Part shown: piece after piece, positions 61,956 through 64,000 of the stretch
Layout of the letters: every line of letters begins with the position of its first letter
Position numbering within the stretch: the stretch's first letter is position 1
NCBI RefSeq assembly: GCF_963921235.1
Contig: NC_086108.1
Coordinates: forward strand, 45,200,001 to 45,264,000
DNA: 64,000 nucleotides
Direction: 5' to 3'
From: Mobula hypostoma
Taxonomy: Eukaryota
Program-made: the position numbers and the translations under genes
Notes under the pieces: model-generated
Told to the model about the DNA's origin: nothing
Databases searched by the model: none
The model's input: only the letters and a program-made list of their open reading frames with translations

Positions 61956-64000
61956 TTTATGTCAGATTGATGATATTGTGGGCCTTTAGTCCTGTTTCTT
62001 CCTGGCAGTTCAAATCCTATTTCAGTTTCTCCCACTGTCAGTTACCTTAGTTTTGATCCAGTCTTGACTCCAAGAAGTCTAGAATATAGGACCAGGTGTA
62101 GGACATCTGTCCCCTCACCACCTCCATCATTTAATATTATCATGGCTGTTCTTTGCAAACCTCAACTCCTCTCCTGTGACAGTTCTCCAAAATCACCATT
62201 TCCTGATCTTCAAATATTTCTCTATCTCCTTCTTACTCTTGCATAACTGTATGTGGTGAGTGACATGAAAGTGTTTCACAGTGGCTCCCATGAGCTAGTG
62301 TAGTAGCTATTGTGAGTTGGTGTGCTGCCAATAGTGTTGAAATCAGTGATCATTTTAAAGGTATATTTGTCATCCAGAACTGAGAATGTCCTGTTTTCTT
62401 CCAGTGATATCATATGCTTTAAATTTAAATATAATCTTAAGTATAAGGCAAGTAGTGTTCAACGTAGAAAATGTCGCTGACTGGAACATCAGTGTCATGG
62501 GTCTGGTTGGCGTGAATTCACCACCAGCGCACTCAGCCAGGCTTAGTTGTATATATCATTCTTTCCATTGGGAAATGTGGCTCATTTCATCCAGTTAATT
62601 AGTTGTTTGAAAGTGAGATGTCTGAGGTTCCTCACCAGATTTTTATTTGCCTGTCATTAATTTTTTTGATCAAGAGTTGGGTGGTCAGCAGTTGAAATTC
62701 CTTCCCCCCTCCAGTGGTAATCTCGTTGAAGATTTCAAAGATACTTAAGATGTTAACAATTGAGAAAAGAAATGAGGCACAAATTAAAAACTAGGATATG
62801 AAAAATAGAAAAAGTTAGGTGGAATGTTTTCACCCAAATGATAGTCGACTTACAGAATAAATTACCAAAGAGTTGACAACATAAATGGACTCAAGATAAT
62901 CTGTGTTTTCCTGAAGAGAAACAGATGGAGAGATACGGTTAGACATCAGATAAATACGGGTTTGAGATCTCTGAAAAGCGTACAGTCTTATTTTGCTGGC
63001 TTTCTGTAGTTATTAAAATTCTGTTCTTTCGACATACAAACAAATGCAATTTCTAGCAGGAGTGATTGGATTGAAGTCAGCAGCAGTAAGTAAGATTTTA
63101 CTTCTCCCTACCCATCTATCCCCCTGTAACCTCAGGGGTTTGGTGGCCACCACTCCTATCATTCTCCAATAATCAAGCTCTGTACAACAGGGCTAAATTG
63201 GGATTAAATTTAGTTGCTTGTTAGGATTTTAGCATTTTGAAGCAACTCCTGCCTCTCTTTTCCTACCTTAATTTACCTAAAAAAAAATAGGCTTAAGAAG
63301 ATCTCCTCTTCCTTTATACTTGTACAAATTTGGGCACTTAACTTGAGTACTTAAATGTGCAGAATTGGAGCTCAGAACCTGCTAATAAAAAAACTTTAAC
63401 AGATTCCATTATATTGTCCAGTTGACTAAAAGTCTTTGAATTGGCTTTTGTTTTCATGCACATATGAAAGCTGTTTTTTTTTCATTCAGGAAAGGTTAAA
63501 GCTTTCCTGTGAGAAAAGTTATAAAAGAGGCTTTTTAAATACATTTTTTTTGCATTTGTTTTGGAGTGTTAGAATTCATTTTAGAATATTTATAAACTAG
63601 ATTTTGGAAACAAGCATGCTTCGCAGAATTCTCGCTTTTAAAAATAGATCTCTTTAAAAGATTCTAACCCCCCTCCCCCATGCCTGAATTTCTGCTAGAA
63701 GTTCTCACTTAGCAAAACTCCGTGATAAAGTTCAACCCTTTGGATCATAAAAGGAAGGGAGTTTTGAATTTATCATGGGATATTTATTACTATTCCGTCC
63801 CACTTCCTTGAAAATTCAGATGTGTGAGGTGTTAGTGTTAGCAGGGAAGGGTGGTGGTTCTGTTGCAAGGTTAATACAAAGGTAGTGTAGTAATGATTTA
63901 TCTCCGCATAACATCCTGTCACTTTCCGGGGTAGATCATTCACGATAGAAAATCAAATGGCAATAAAAATACTTGTGTTTCTCAACTGGTCACTTGTGTG

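Overview
This is eukaryotic (vertebrate) genomic DNA, and the repeat families suggest a cartilaginous fish such as a ray (inference). The window is mostly intronic sequence of a + strand GLIS-family zinc-finger gene, most likely GLIS1. Two coding exons are visible (19592-19753 and 31076-31186). The rest is a layered mosaic of transposable elements: CR1 and Rex1/Babar-type LINE fragments, a Tigger/pogo deletion derivative, hAT and Tc1-like MITEs, and two nested insertion clusters. Cluster 1 (23496-28049) is a non-autonomous Gypsy LTR element with a 5-bp TSD, interrupted by a rearranged Penelope-like element (PLE). Cluster 2 (35744-42176) is an RTE LINE with twin-priming-type inversion and an 11-bp TSD. 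It contains a 136-bp hammerhead-bearing PLE fragment and a full-length but decayed Gypsy provirus. The most interesting signals are a dispersed family of minimal hammerhead ribozyme motifs (two intact, two degenerate), the RTE inversion, LTRs that are divergent over their first ~186 bp but identical over the last 102 bp, a composite MITE made of two mini-palindromes around captured cargo, and a perfect 38-bp fold-back. All calls come from reading the sequence by eye. No database searches were run.
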